Shown: positions 48,382 through 59,255 of the stretch, piece by piece
How positions within the stretch are numbered: position 1 is the first letter of the stretch
How the letters are laid out: every line of letters starts with the position of its first letter
Assembly (NCBI GenBank): GCA_047602405.1
Contig: JASGHJ010000002.1
Coordinates: forward strand, 3,040,001 to 3,104,000
From: Anaeromyxobacteraceae bacterium
GTDB taxonomy: Bacteria; Myxococcota; Myxococcia; Myxococcales; Anaeromyxobacteraceae
Length of the DNA: 64,000 bases
Direction: 5' to 3'
Position numbers and translations under genes: made by a program
Notes under the pieces: model-generated
The model's input: only the letters and a program-made list of their open reading frames with translations
What the model was told of the DNA's origin: nothing
Databases searched by the model: none

Positions 48382-48830
48382 CGGGTGTTCTCCTGGGTCG
48401 TGGGGGTGCTGCGGGGAAGGTCGACGAGGATCCGGATCCACGAGACGCGGCCGTCCGCGTCCTCCGCGCGGCCGACGTCGAGGAGGCCCTCGACCTCGAC
48501 GGCCCCGTCGAGCGCGGGCAGCGGGCCCTCGAGGCCGCGGACCTCGACGCGCACGGCGCCCGGCGGGAGATCGCCCGTGCCGCCGCCGCTCTCGTCGGCC
48601 TCGACCGGCCGGGCGGCGAGGTAGAACGCGCCGCGGGGCGGCTCCTCCATGTGCACGGGATGACCGGCGAGCCTGACCCGCCGGCCCGCGAGCGCCGCGA
48701 CCTCGGGCGCGACGCGCGCGCCCGACGGGCCGGTCACGAACAGGTGCTCGAAGGCGAGCGCCGGCGGGGGCGGCGCGGCCGGCGAGGACGAGAGGTTGAG
48801 CGCGAGCGCGGCGGCGAGGGCGAGGGGCAT
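48378..48830 (-). CDS. Secreted hypothetical protein (DUF3299/OB-fold-like)
   Basis: Signal peptide; ALAGRRVRLAGH, VEVEGLLDVG; coupled to the phosphatase. Confidence 0.65.
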   Translation of the reverse strand: MPLALAAALALNLSSSPAAPPPPALAFEHLFVTGPSGARVAPEVAALAGRRVRLAGHPVHMEEPPRGAFYLAARPVEADESGGGTGDLPPGAVRVEVRGLEGPLPALDGAVEVEGLLDVGRAEDADGRVSWIRILVDLPRSTPTTQENTR

Positions 48831-48913
48831 CGATCCTCCGTGGGACGGAGGACGTTCTCTCGCGGGCGCTTGGCTACCGCGTGGCGGCCGGGTGAAGGAT
48901 CAGCGACGCCGGC

Positions 48914-49880
48914 TCAGGGCTTCATCCCCTGCCCGGCCATGCCCCTCTTGACCACGTCGGCCATCGCCGCCACGAAGTCCGGCCGCACGCCGAGCGCGGG
49001 GACCCGGCTGAAGCCGAGCGCCCCACCCTTCGCGCACGCCTCCTTCGCGAGGATGTCCATGTCGTAGAGCGTCTCGAGGTGCTCGGAGACGAAGGCGATC
49101 GGCACGCCGACGATCCAGCGGCCCTTCGCGTTCGCGGCGAGCCACTCGGAGGTGTCCGGGCCGAGCCACTGCGCGGGGCCGACCTTCGACTGGTAGGTCA
49201 CCTGGAACGGCAGGTCCCCGGCGCGGCGGGCGCTCTCGCGCGACGAGTGCTCGATGTACTGCGGGTAGGGATCGCCCTTCCGCACCTGGCTCATCGGGAG
49301 GCCGTGCGCGGAGAAGACCACCAGCACCTTCTCGCGGTGCTCGGCCGGGACCGTCGCGACGGTCTCCCGGAGCGCGGCCGCGGACGACGCGAGGTAGCCC
49401 TCGTGGTCGTGCCAGGTGCAGACCTCGGCGAGCGGCCGGTCCTTCGGCCAGAGCCGGCGGAGCTCGAGCAGCGACGACTTCGTGGTCGCGTTCGCGTACT
49501 GCGGATAGAGCGGCAGCGCGAGCGCCCGGGTCGCGCCGGCGGCGAGCGCCGCCTTCACGCCCTCCTCGGTGTTCGGATGCCCGCAGCGCATCGCGAGGTG
49601 GCAGCTGAACCCCGGCCCGAGCACCTTCGCGAGCGCGGCGGCCTGCGCCTCGGTGCCCTCGACGATGGGCGACTTCCCGCCGATGAGCGCGTACTTCTCG
49701 GCCGAGGACGGCGCGCGGAAGTGGCTGATGAGCCAGGCGACGAGCGGCCGGAACGGGCCGAACGGCGCCGAGATGAGGAGCGGGTCGCTGAAGAAGCTCG
49801 TAGAGGTAGGGCTCGACCTCCTCGAGGTTCCGCGGACCGCCCAGGTTCATCAGGAAGACCGCGGTCTTCTCGGTGGCCAT
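48914..49880 (-). CDS. hemH: Ferrochelatase; +1 frameshift at ~49794
   Basis: LMNLGGP, corrected YELFSDP, IGGKSP, PLYPQY, FSAHGLP, FVSEHLETLYDMD. Length 967 = 3n+1. Confidence 0.93.
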
Positions 49881-49886
49881 GCCGGG

Positions 49887-51269
49887 CTAGACGGTCCTGG
49901 AGAACGTCGGCTTCTTCTCGCCCGCGTGCTTCTCGAGGTACGCGTCGAAGAGCATCGCGACGTTGCGGACGAGGAGCTGGCCCATCGGCGTGACCCTGAG
50001 GACGTCCCCGTCGAAGGTGACGAGGCCGTCCGCCTCGAGCTCCGCCCGCCCCTTCGAGAGCGAGTGCTCGACCGCGGCGCGCGCGCCGGGCCCGAACTTC
50101 TCGGCCACCTCGCGGAGGTCGAGCTTGAGCAGGCACATCACCCGGTTGATCACGAACCGGCGCATGAGGTCGTCGTCGGTCATCGACGCGCCCTTCGCGA
50201 TCGGCAGCTCGCCCGCGAGCACGCGCTCGTTCCAGTCCTTGAGCCGGTGCTGGTTCTGGGCGTAGGCGCCGCCGATGTCGGAGATCGACGTCATGCCGAA
50301 GGCGACCGTGTCCGGCGCGGGCCGGACGGTGTAGCCCTGGAAGTTCCGGAACATCGTGCCGGCGTCCTGGGCCTGCGCGAGCTCGTCGGTCTCCAGCGCG
50401 AAGTGGTCGAGGCCGATCAGGCGGTAGCCGGCGCCGGTGAAGGCGCCGACCGACTGCAGGAACAGCTCGACGCGCTGCTCGGTCTTCGGCAGCGCCTCCT
50501 GGGGCAGGAGCCGCTGGTGCGGCTTCGCCCACGGCACGTACGCGAACCCGAAGACCGCCATGCGATCGGGGTGGATCTCGAGGATCTGGTCGAGCGTCTT
50601 CTTCCAGGTCTGGGGCGTCTGGTACGGCAGGCCGTAGATGAGGTCGAGGTTGACGCCCTTGAAGCCGTGCTCGCGCGCGGCCTTCACGAGATCGGCGGTC
50701 TCGCCGTAGCCCTGGATCCGGCCGACGACCTCCTGCACCTTGCCGTCGAAGTCCTGCACGCCCATCGAGATGCGGTTGAAGCCGAGCGACGCGAGGAGCG
50801 CGATCTGCGAGCGGGTCGTGATGGCCGGGTCGATCTCGATGGCCTTCTCGCCGCCGGGCACGAGCTCGAAGTGCCGCATGATGATCGCGTGGCAGCGCTC
50901 GAGCTGCTTCTCGTCGAGGAAGGTCGGCGTGCCGCCACCCCAGTGGAGCTGGGTGAACTTCCGGCGGTTGGGCAGCCGCTTCGCGACGAGCTCGACCTCC
51001 TTCTCGAGGACGTCGAGGTACGCGTCCGCGCGGGAGCGGTCGTGGGTCGCGACCACGTTGCACCCGCAGAACCGGCACATCTCCTTGCAGAACGGGAGGT
51101 GCACGTAGATCGAGAGCGGCTCGGGGCTCCGGTCGGCCTTCGCGAGGTGCTCGGCGTACGCGCCCGGGCCGAAGTCCTCCGACCACTCGGGCGCGGTCGG
51201 GTAGCTCGTGTAGCGCGGGCCCGGACGGTCGTACTTCTTGATCAGCGCGGGGGACGGGATTCGGATCAC
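49887..51269 (-). CDS. hemN: Oxygen-independent coproporphyrinogen III oxidase
   Basis: GPRYTSYPTA, HLPFCKEMCRFCGC, HWGGGTPT, RNFQGY. Confidence 0.96.
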   Translation of the reverse strand: MIRIPSPALIKKYDRPGPRYTSYPTAPEWSEDFGPGAYAEHLAKADRSPEPLSIYVHLPFCKEMCRFCGCNVVATHDRSRADAYLDVLEKEVELVAKRLPNRRKFTQLHWGGGTPTFLDEKQLERCHAIIMRHFELVPGGEKAIEIDPAITTRSQIALLASLGFNRISMGVQDFDGKVQEVVGRIQGYGETADLVKAAREHGFKGVNLDLIYGLPYQTPQTWKKTLDQILEIHPDRMAVFGFAYVPWAKPHQRLLPQEALPKTEQRVELFLQSVGAFTGAGYRLIGLDHFALETDELAQAQDAGTMFRNFQGYTVRPAPDTVAFGMTSISDIGGAYAQNQHRLKDWNERVLAGELPIAKGASMTDDDLMRRFVINRVMCLLKLDLREVAEKFGPGARAAVEHSLSKGRAELEADGLVTFDGDVLRVTPMGQLLVRNVAMLFDAYLEKHAGEKKPTFSRTV

Positions 51270-51283
51270 TTAGGACCTCTCGT

Positions 51284-52324
51284 CTACTTCCAGGAGTACG
51301 CGTGGACGGCGTCGACGACCGCCTTCACGGTCTCCGTCGGCGTCCCCGGCTGGATGCCGTGGCCGAGGTTGAAGACGTAGCCCGGCGCGGTGCCGGCTTC
51401 ACGGCAGATGGCGAGCGCCCGCTCGACCGCGGCCTCCTTCGGGCCGAGCAGCAGGGTCGAGTCGAGGTTGCCCTGGAACGCGAGCTCCGGGGCGAGCGCG
51501 CGGGCCTCGCCGATCGGCATGCGCCAGTCGATCGAGATGACGTCGAACCCGAGCCCCGCGAGCCGGCGGATGTGCCCGGTCGTGCCGGTCGAGAAGAAGA
51601 TCGCGGGGACGCCCGCCTTCTTCACGGCCTCGGCGATGCGGGCGAGGTACGGGAAGCTGAACCGCTCGAGGTCCTCGCGGTCGAGCTCGCCGAGCCAGCT
51701 CTCGAAGATCTGGGCGGCCTCCGCGCCGGCGTCGATCTGCGCCTGGATCTGGACGATGGCGGCCTGGGTCAGCTTCTCGAAGAGCGCGTGCGCCGTCTGC
51801 GGCTCGGCGTAGAGCATCGTCTTGAGGCGCGTGAAGCCCTGGCTGCCGCCCTCGACCGCGTAGGACGCCACCGTGAACGGGCCGCCCACGAAGCCGATGA
51901 GCGGGACGCGGCCCGCGAGGCCGGCCTTGATGGCGCGGACGCCGTCGAGGACGTACGGGAGGTCGCGCCTCGGGTCGGGGATCTTGAGCGCCTCGACGTC
52001 GGCGCGGGAGCGGACCGGGTTCGCGATCTTCGGGCCGCCGTCGCCCTTGCCCTTCTCGCCCTTCTCGAACGTGAGGTCGAGGCCCATCGCCGGGAGGTGG
52101 ACGAGGATGTCCGAGAAGAGGATGGCGGCGTCGAAGCCGAACTCGTCGATGGGCGCGCAGGTGACCTGCGCGATGAGCTCCGGCGAGCGGCACAGCTCGA
52201 GGAAGCCGACCTTCTCGCGGACGGCGCGGTAGGAGGGCTGGTAGCGCCCGGCCTGGCGCATCATCCAGACGGGGAGACGATCGACGGGCTGGCGGCGGCA
52301 GGCCGCGAGAAAGCGGTGGGTCAT
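51284..52324 (-). CDS. hemE: Uroporphyrinogen decarboxylase
   Basis: PVWMMRQAGRY, DAAILFSDI, QGNLD, FNLGHGI. Alternative start at 52336. Confidence 0.96.
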   Translation of the reverse strand: MTHRFLAACRRQPVDRLPVWMMRQAGRYQPSYRAVREKVGFLELCRSPELIAQVTCAPIDEFGFDAAILFSDILVHLPAMGLDLTFEKGEKGKGDGGPKIANPVRSRADVEALKIPDPRRDLPYVLDGVRAIKAGLAGRVPLIGFVGGPFTVASYAVEGGSQGFTRLKTMLYAEPQTAHALFEKLTQAAIVQIQAQIDAGAEAAQIFESWLGELDREDLERFSFPYLARIAEAVKKAGVPAIFFSTGTTGHIRRLAGLGFDVISIDWRMPIGEARALAPELAFQGNLDSTLLLGPKEAAVERALAICREAGTAPGYVFNLGHGIQPGTPTETVKAVVDAVHAYSWK

Positions 52325-52436
52325 GAGGGGGCGCATCCTACTGCAAGTGCCTCCCCGATCGCACCCGGATGGCCGGGCGTTTTGCCGCGCGCCCGCGCAG
52401 GTTTTTCGCGAGCGGGAACCGACCCTTTGCCGCCGC

Positions 52437-52673
52437 TCACCCGCCCCCGGGCCGCCCCGCCGCCACCCACAGCAGCGCCGCGCCGAAGGCGATCATGAGC
52501 CCTCCCCACGCGAGGAGCCCCACCCCGCCGAGCGTGACCCACGGGCCGCGGCGGTAGCTCCGGCCCTGCACGACCAGCGGCCGGCCGCGCAGCGTCCCGA
52601 CGCCGCGGGCGAGGGTGGCGAGGCCGGGGCCGACGAGCAGCACCGCGGCGAGGACCAGCGCGACCTTGCCCAC
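52437..52673 (-). CDS. Small two-TM membrane protein
   Basis: 78 aa, abuts the DUF167 stop, two hydrophobic segments. Confidence 0.6.
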   Translation of the reverse strand: MGKVALVLAAVLLVGPGLATLARGVGTLRGRPLVVQGRSYRRGPWVTLGGVGLLAWGGLMIAFGAALLWVAAGRPGGG

Positions 52674-52973
52674 CTACCCACCCTCCCCGAGCGCCGCCTC
52701 GACCGCCGCCGCGGCGACGCCCTCGACATGGATCGACTTGCGCTTCCCGGTCTCGCCGCGCAGGAGCGCGAGCGCGGTCCGGCGCACGCCGAGCGCGTCC
52801 GCGAGGAACGCGAGCAGGGCCTCGTTGGCCGCGCCGTCGACCGGCGGCGCCGCGAGCTGGAGCTTGAGGCGCCCGTCGTGCTCGCCGACCACCCGGGTGC
52901 GCGAGGCGCGCGGGACCACCACCACCTCGAGCACGGCGCCGCCGCGCTCGTCGCGCACCCAGCCGGCCGCCAC
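52674..52973 (-). CDS. DUF167 (YggU-like) protein
   Basis: [27 protein letters not shown]. Confidence 0.88.
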   Translation of the reverse strand: MAAGWVRDERGGAVLEVVVVPRASRTRVVGEHDGRLKLQLAAPPVDGAANEALLAFLADALGVRRTALALLRGETGKRKSIHVEGVAAAAVEAALGEGG

Positions 52974-52975
52974 GG

Positions 52976-53785
52976 TCAGCCCTCGAGCCCGAGGAGCACG
53001 ATCTTCGCCCGGTCGGCCTTCTCGATCATGCGCGCCTCGTCCATGACGAGCGTGTGGCCCGCCTCGACCGCGAGCACCCGGCCGGCCGCCGCGCGGAGCG
53101 ACTCGACCGTGTCCGGGCCAACGGCGGGCAGGTCGAAGCGGCGGTCCTGCTGCGGCTTCACCGCCTTCACCACGGTGAACCCGCCGCTCTTCGCGAGCTC
53201 GCCCCCGCGGCGGATGCACGCGTCGGTGCCCTCGAGCGCCTCGACCGCGAGCGCGACGCGGTCCTTCACGCAGACCGTCTGGCCGAGATCGAGCCGGCCG
53301 ATGCCGCGGGCGAGCTCGAGGCCGTAGCGCGCGTCGGCGGCCTCGTCCTCGGTCGGCCGGTGCTTCCCGAGCACGCCGGCGCGGGCGAGCCGGTCGGCGA
53401 GGTACGGGGTCGGGTCGACCACCGGCAGCCCCTCCTCGTCGAGGAACCGCGCGAAGCCGGAGAGCAGGTTGTCGTCGGAGCGCACCGCGATGCGGGCGAT
53501 GACCTTGAGGCCGGTCGCGTCGAGCATCGCGTCGGCGAAGAAGCGCTTCTTCGTGATGGCGCCGAGCATCACGGTCGAGGTCGCGCCGCCCTTGCGCAGG
53601 GCCTCGAGCACGTGGCCGATCTGCCCGAGCTTCACCCAGGTGAAGGCGTCGACCACCGCCTCGAGCGCGGGGTCGGTCTCGTTCCGGTGCGCGACCGCGA
53701 CGACCCGGTGCCCGGCCCTCCGGGCGCTCTCGGCGAAGAGGATCGGGAAGCGCCCCCCGCCCGCGATGAGGCCGATGGTCGCCAC
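52976..53785 (-). CDS. lpxI: UDP-2,3-diacylglucosamine diphosphatase LpxI
   Basis: [38 protein letters not shown]. Confidence 0.93.
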   Translation of the reverse strand: MATIGLIAGGGRFPILFAESARRAGHRVVAVAHRNETDPALEAVVDAFTWVKLGQIGHVLEALRKGGATSTVMLGAITKKRFFADAMLDATGLKVIARIAVRSDDNLLSGFARFLDEEGLPVVDPTPYLADRLARAGVLGKHRPTEDEAADARYGLELARGIGRLDLGQTVCVKDRVALAVEALEGTDACIRRGGELAKSGGFTVVKAVKPQQDRRFDLPAVGPDTVESLRAAAGRVLAVEAGHTLVMDEARMIEKADRAKIVLLGLEG

Positions 53786-53794
53786 GGCGCGGCC

Positions 53795-54569
53795 CTACCG
53801 CGTGACGCCCCGCTGCGTGCCCTTCAGGAACGCGACGAGGTGCGCGATCTCGGGGTGCGCGGCGAGCTCCTTCTCGAGCTCGGCGATCGCCTCCGCGAGG
53901 CCGAGGCCGGAGCGGAACACGATTCTTGTAGGCCTGCTTCACGCGGGCGAGCTGCTCCTCGCCGAAGCCCGCCCGCTGCAGGCCGACCGTGTTGAGGCCG
54001 CCGAGCTCCGCGCGGGGACCCGCCACCGTGGTGTACGGCGCGACGTCCATCGTGACGCCGGTGAGGCCCGAGACGAACGAGAGCCGGCCGATGCGCACGA
54101 ACTGGTGCACGGCGGCGAGGCCGGAGAGGTGCACGTGGTCCTCGATCGTCACGTGCCCGGCGAGCGCCACCGAGTTCGCGACGATCGCGCCGTCGGCGAT
54201 GCGGCAGTCGTGCCCGACGTGGCTGTTCGCCATGAACAGGCCGCCCGACCCGATGACCGTGACGCCGCCGCCGCCGACCGTGCCGAGGTTCACCGTCGCG
54301 TACTCGCGGAAGGTGTTCCGGTCGCCGATCTCGAGGCGGGTGGGCTCGCCCCGGTACTTGAGATCCTGGGGCACGCCGCCGAGGGCCGCGAACGGGAAGA
54401 TCCGGTTCTGCTTGCCGAGGGTGGTGTGGCCCGAGACGACGGCGTGGGCGCCGACGGAGGTCCCGGCGCCGAGCTTCACGTTCGCGCCGACGACGGCGTA
54501 GGGGCCGATCTCGCAGCTCGGATCGACTTCGGCCCCGGCCTCGACGATGGCGGTGGGGTGGATGGCCAT
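53795..54569 (-). CDS. lpxA: UDP-N-acetylglucosamine O-acyltransferase; +1 frameshift at ~53923
   Basis: IHPTAIV, PQDLKY, HVGHDC, VHQF; corrected AYKIVFRSG..RGVTR*. Length 775 = 3n+1. Confidence 0.94.
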
Positions 54570-54582
54570 TCGGTGCTCCCCG

Positions 54583-55059
54583 TCAGGGCTTCGGTGGATC
54601 TGCGAGCATGGCCATGAAGTCGGCCTCGGCGACGAGCTCGCCGTCGACCTTGGCCTCGCCGCGCTCCTTCCAGACCGCGCCCTTGCCCTTCACGATCTCG
54701 ACGACGAGCTCGAGCCGGTCGCCCGGCACGACCGGCTTGCGGAAGCGCGCGCCGTCGATGCCCATCAGGTAGGTGATCTTGTTCGCGCCCTGCGCCGGAT
54801 CCATCGACTTCATGGCGAGCAGCCCGGCGGCCTGGGCGAGGGCCTCGAGGATGAGCACGCCCGGCATCACCGGGTGCCCGGGGAAGTGCCCCGGGAAGAA
54901 CGGCTCGTTCATCGTGACCGACTTCCACGCGACGAGGCGCTTGCCCGGCTCGAGCTCCACCACCCGGTCGACGAGCAGGAACGGCGGGCGGTGCGGCAAC
55001 AGCCGCATGATCTCCTCGATGTCGAGGACGGGCTTCTTCTTGCCGGCGGCGTCGTTCAC
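54583..55059 (-). CDS. fabZ: 3-hydroxyacyl-ACP dehydratase
   Basis: [33 protein letters not shown]. Confidence 0.96.
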   Translation of the reverse strand: MNDAAGKKKPVLDIEEIMRLLPHRPPFLLVDRVVELEPGKRLVAWKSVTMNEPFFPGHFPGHPVMPGVLILEALAQAAGLLAMKSMDPAQGANKITYLMGIDGARFRKPVVPGDRLELVVEIVKGKGAVWKERGEAKVDGELVAEADFMAMLADPPKP

Positions 55060-56147
55060 GGCTTCTCCTTGCTGGCGTCGCCCGCGGGCTTCGGCTCGTC
55101 CCCGGGGGCGCCGCCGAGCGCGGCGACCTGCTTCTGGAGCGCGCGGAGCTCGCGGCGCATCTCGGTGAGGCGGTTGAAGACCGCCGCGTTGCGGGCCCAG
55201 GTGACGTCGGGGCTGGACGGCGAGCCGGCCACGCGGGCGCCCGGCTCGAGGTCGCCCTGGACGCCGGCCTGCGCCGCGATGTTGGCGCGGTCGCCGATGG
55301 TGACGTGGCCGACGATGCCGGCCTGGCCCCAGACCGCGACGCCCATCCCGAGCTTCGTCGAGCCGGAGATGCCGGCCTGCGACGCGATGATGCAGAGCGG
55401 CCCGATCTGCACGTTGTGGGCGACCTGCACGAGGTTGTCGAGCTTGGCGCCGCGGCCGATGCGGGTCGAGCCGAGCGCGGCCCGGTCGACCGTGGAGTTC
55501 GCGCCGATCTCGACGTCGTCCTCGACGACCACGTTCCCGACCTGCGGGATCTTGTAGTGGCGCGGCCCCCGCCCCTCGCCCTCGAGGTCGAGCGCGAAGC
55601 CGAAGCCGTCCGAGCCGATCACGCAGCCCGGCTGGAGGATCACCCGGTCGCCGAGGGCGCACTGCTCGCGCACGACCACGTTCGCGTACAGCAGGCAGTC
55701 GGCGCCGATCCGCGCGTCCGCGCCGACGTGGACGCCGGGGTGCAGGATGGTCCGCGGGCCGACCACGGCACCCGGCCCGACCGAGGCGAGCGGGTACACC
55801 TGGGCGGAGGGATCCACCCGAGCCGTCGGGTGGACCGACGCGCCGGGCGCGACGCCGGGCACGGCGGCCGGGGGCGGGTGGAAGAAGGTCTGGAGCTTCG
55901 CGAAGGCGAGGTACGCGTTCGGCGCGCGGACGACGGTCCGGCCGGCCGGGACCTGCTCGCCCGGCTCGACCAGCACCGCGCCGGCCCTCGAGGCGAGGAA
56001 CGCCTCGCGGTACTTCTTGTTCGAGAAGAAGGAGAGGTGCGCGGGCCCCGCCTGCTCGAGGGCGGCGACGCCCTCGACGACGAGGGCACCGTCGCCCTCC
56101 ACCTCGCCGCCGACGCGGGCGGCGAGCTCGCGGAGCGGGACGCCCAC
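55056..56147 (-). CDS. lpxD: UDP-3-O-acylglucosamine N-acyltransferase
   Basis: IGSDGFGF, KIPQVG, KLDNLVQVAHN, hexapeptide repeats. Confidence 0.96.
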   Translation of the reverse strand: MGVPLRELAARVGGEVEGDGALVVEGVAALEQAGPAHLSFFSNKKYREAFLASRAGAVLVEPGEQVPAGRTVVRAPNAYLAFAKLQTFFHPPPAAVPGVAPGASVHPTARVDPSAQVYPLASVGPGAVVGPRTILHPGVHVGADARIGADCLLYANVVVREQCALGDRVILQPGCVIGSDGFGFALDLEGEGRGPRHYKIPQVGNVVVEDDVEIGANSTVDRAALGSTRIGRGAKLDNLVQVAHNVQIGPLCIIASQAGISGSTKLGMGVAVWGQAGIVGHVTIGDRANIAAQAGVQGDLEPGARVAGSPSSPDVTWARNAAVFNRLTEMRRELRALQKQVAALGGAPGDEPKPAGDASKEKP

Positions 56148-56149
56148 GG

Positions 56150-56770
56150 CTACTTCTTGTCGCCCGCGGGGGCGGACGGCTTCGCCTTGTCGCCCGCCGG
56201 CGCGGCGGGCTTGGCCGGGGAGGCCTTCCCCTTCGCGGCGGCCGCGGCCGGGGCGGCGCCGGTCGAGGGGTGCTTCCCGTTGTACTTGCGGATGAGCTCG
56301 TTCGTGAGGTCGAGCGACGGCTGCGCGTACACGAGCGAGCGGTCCTCGATCACCATCGCGAAGCCGTCGGCCTCGGCGATCTCCTTCACGATGACGCGCA
56401 TCTTGGCGTAGATGCCGCCGGTCATCTCCTGCTCGCGGTTCGCGAGGTCGCCCTGGAGCTGCTGGTAGATCCGCTGCAGCTCGACCATCCGGCGCTGGAG
56501 ATCGGTCGCCTTGTCGCGCTTGGCGCCCTCGGAGAGCACCTGCTGCTGCTTCTCGAACTCGGCGTTGAGCTTCTCGAACTCGGCCTTGCGGCCGTCGAGC
56601 TGCTTCTGCTTCTCCTCGAAGTCCCGCTTGAGGAGCGCCTTCGCGGCCTTGCCCTCGTCGACCTCGTTGAGGGCGCGCTGCAGGTCGACGTAGCCGAGCT
56701 TCACCTGGGCCGCGGCGGGCGTGGCGGCGAGCGCCAGGCCGAGCGCGGCGATGCGGAGCGTGAGGGTCAT
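56150..56770 (-). CDS. skp: OmpH/Skp periplasmic chaperone
   Basis: Signal peptide, KLGYVDLQRAL, coiled coil, DLTNELI; between bamA and lpxD. Confidence 0.9.
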   Translation of the reverse strand: MTLTLRIAALGLALAATPAAAQVKLGYVDLQRALNEVDEGKAAKALLKRDFEEKQKQLDGRKAEFEKLNAEFEKQQQVLSEGAKRDKATDLQRRMVELQRIYQQLQGDLANREQEMTGGIYAKMRVIVKEIAEADGFAMVIEDRSLVYAQPSLDLTNELIRKYNGKHPSTGAAPAAAAAKGKASPAKPAAPAGDKAKPSAPAGDKK

Positions 56771-56793
56771 GACGTTCGATCTCTCCAACGGGA

Positions 56794-59205
56794 TCAGAAG
56801 AAGTTGCCGATCGTGAACTGGAAGTCCAGGGCGTTGTCCAGGTAGACGTTCGTGGACGGATCCTTGCGGCGGTCGAGCGGGATGCCCCACTCGAACCGGA
56901 GCGGACCCACCGGCGAGACCCACCGGAAGCCGAAGCCGACCGAGCGGTAGAGATCCTTCTCGTACGGCTGCCGCTCGTACTTGGACGCCTTGTAGGCCCA
57001 GGCGTTGCCGGCGTCGAAGAAGACCACGCCGCGCACGCCCACCTTCTCGATGAGCGGGAACTCGAGCTCGGTGTTGAGCACCGCGTTCCAGTCGCCGCCG
57101 GCGGTGAAGATGCCGAGCGCGCTCTGGGGGTCGCCCTTCGTCCCGCCGATGCGGCGGCTGGGCGAGATCGAGAAGTACCGGTAGCCGCGGATCGAGTTGA
57201 TGCCGCCCACGTAGTAGAGCTCGGAGATGGGCGGCTGGTGGGTCGCGTCCCAGGCGCGGATGGCGCCGAGGGTCAGGCGCCCGCGGGCGATCAGGCCGTC
57301 GAAGAAGACGGGCCGGTAGCCGCGCAGCTCGAGCGCGTAGCGGGTGAAGAGGATCACGCTCCCGAACACCTTCTCGGGCGCGAGCAGCGGCGGCGCGACC
57401 TCGGCGCTCGCGCTCGCGAACCAGCCGCGGGTCGCGAAGATGCGGTTGTCGCGCTTGTCGACCTGGAGCGAGAGGCGGAACGAGCTCGTGGTGCCGCCGG
57501 AGAGCTGGTTCGCGAGCGTGGTCGAGGTCGTGCCGGTGACGTTGACGCGCTCGTTCGTGTAGGTGCCGATGAGGCGGACGTCCTCGAGGTGCCGCGCGAA
57601 GCTCCACCAGGGCTCGAGGCCGTTCAGCTCGTAACCCCAGGTCAGGGAGCCGCCGACCGTCCGGCGGGTGAAGTTCGTGTAGACGCCCTCGGTCGCGTAG
57701 ATGTCGAAGGCGAAGGTCCACTTCGTGTCGAGGAAGTACGGCTCGATGAACTGGATCTGCCCGAGCTGGCGGACCGACGACCACTGCACCTGCAGCGAGA
57801 GCGTCTGGCCCCAGCCGAAGAAGTTCTGCTGCGAGATCTGGCCGGTGAGGACGAAGTTCTCGTAGGAGGAGAAGCCCGCGCCCACCTGGAAGGTGCCGGT
57901 GGCGCGCTCCTTCACCTCGACCACCGCCACGATCTTGTCGTCGGCGGAGCCGGGCTTGGTGGTGATCTCGACGGTCTCGAAGTAGCCGAGCGCGGTCACC
58001 CGCTGCTTCGACACCTTGATGCCGGTGCCGGAGTAGAGCTCGCCCTCGTAGACGCGCATCTCGCGCCGGATGACCTTGTCCCGGGTCTTCTCGTTCCCGA
58101 TGACGTCGATCCGCTCGAACTTCACGCGGACGCCGGGCTGGACGTTGTAGTCGATGTCGATGGTGCGCTTCGCGGCGTCGGTGTTGGTGATGGGCGTGAC
58201 GTTCGCGTACGCGTAGCCGAGGTCCTTGTAGACGTCGGTGACCGCGAACAGGTCCTGGCCGACCCGGGAGCGGACGAAGCCGTCGCCCGCCTTCGACCTC
58301 ACCACCCGCGGCAGCACCGCCCCCATGTCGAGCAGCTGCCCGGAGAACTTCACGTTGCCGATGGTGTAGGGCTCGCCCTCCTCGATCGGGATGGTGATGT
58401 AGATCCACTTCCGGTCGGCGGAGAGGGACACGGTGGGCTTGCCCACCTTCACGAGCACGTAGCCGCGGTCGAGGTAGACGGCGCTCACGGCCTGGAGGTC
58501 GTGCTCGAACGCGTCCTCCTTGAACGTCCCCATCGACGTGAGGCCGGAGAAGTAGTTCCCCGGCCGCGTCTGCATGTACTGGAGGATGTCCTCGTCGGAG
58601 ATGTGGTCGTTGCCGACGAAGCGCACGTCCTTCACGAGGACCTTGGCCTTCTCGTCGATCGTGTAGACGACGTCGACCTGGTTCTCGGGCTTCGGCACGA
58701 TGCGGTAGCCGACCTCGGCGAGGTAGTACCCCTTCTCGACGTACTTCTCCTGGATCTTCTTCACGTCCTTCTGGACGCGCGCGAGATCGAGGAGGTCGAA
58801 GGGCTTGAGCTCGATGGTGTCCTTGAGGTCGTCGTTCGTGAGCTCGTCGTTCCCCTCGTGCTTCACCTCGGCGATCGTGGGCCGCTCGGTGACGACGTAG
58901 ACGAGCACCGGGGCGGTCTTCGGCCCCTCGAGGCGCGCCACCACGTCCGCGAAGTAGCCCAGCTTCATGAGCGCCTTCACGTCCTTCGCGACCGCCTTCG
59001 GGTCGTAGGTCGCGCCCTTCTTCTGGGAGACGGCCCCGCGGACGACGTCCACCTCGACGCGGCGGTTGCCCTCCACGCGCACGTCGGCGAGCTTCGCGCC
59101 CTCCGCCGGCCTGGCATCGGGCGCGAGCTGGGCGAGCGCGGCGGCGGGCGCGAGGGCGACACAGAGCGCCAGGAGGGCGCCCCGGATGAGGGTGACGGAG
59201 CTCAC
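56794..59205 (-). CDS. bamA: Outer membrane protein assembly factor BamA
   Basis: POTRA repeats (VEGNRRV, GNEKTRDKVIRRE), IRGY, SPVGPLRFEWG, C-terminal FTIGNFF. Confidence 0.96.
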   Translation of the reverse strand: MSSVTLIRGALLALCVALAPAAALAQLAPDARPAEGAKLADVRVEGNRRVEVDVVRGAVSQKKGATYDPKAVAKDVKALMKLGYFADVVARLEGPKTAPVLVYVVTERPTIAEVKHEGNDELTNDDLKDTIELKPFDLLDLARVQKDVKKIQEKYVEKGYYLAEVGYRIVPKPENQVDVVYTIDEKAKVLVKDVRFVGNDHISDEDILQYMQTRPGNYFSGLTSMGTFKEDAFEHDLQAVSAVYLDRGYVLVKVGKPTVSLSADRKWIYITIPIEEGEPYTIGNVKFSGQLLDMGAVLPRVVRSKAGDGFVRSRVGQDLFAVTDVYKDLGYAYANVTPITNTDAAKRTIDIDYNVQPGVRVKFERIDVIGNEKTRDKVIRREMRVYEGELYSGTGIKVSKQRVTALGYFETVEITTKPGSADDKIVAVVEVKERATGTFQVGAGFSSYENFVLTGQISQQNFFGWGQTLSLQVQWSSVRQLGQIQFIEPYFLDTKWTFAFDIYATEGVYTNFTRRTVGGSLTWGYELNGLEPWWSFARHLEDVRLIGTYTNERVNVTGTTSTTLANQLSGGTTSSFRLSLQVDKRDNRIFATRGWFASASAEVAPPLLAPEKVFGSVILFTRYALELRGYRPVFFDGLIARGRLTLGAIRAWDATHQPPISELYYVGGINSIRGYRYFSISPSRRIGGTKGDPQSALGIFTAGGDWNAVLNTELEFPLIEKVGVRGVVFFDAGNAWAYKASKYERQPYEKDLYRSVGFGFRWVSPVGPLRFEWGIPLDRRKDPSTNVYLDNALDFQFTIGNFF

Positions 59206-59255
59206 GAGGCGGGGGAATCTAGACCGGGCCCCGGAAAAGCTCAAACCCGTTTCGG

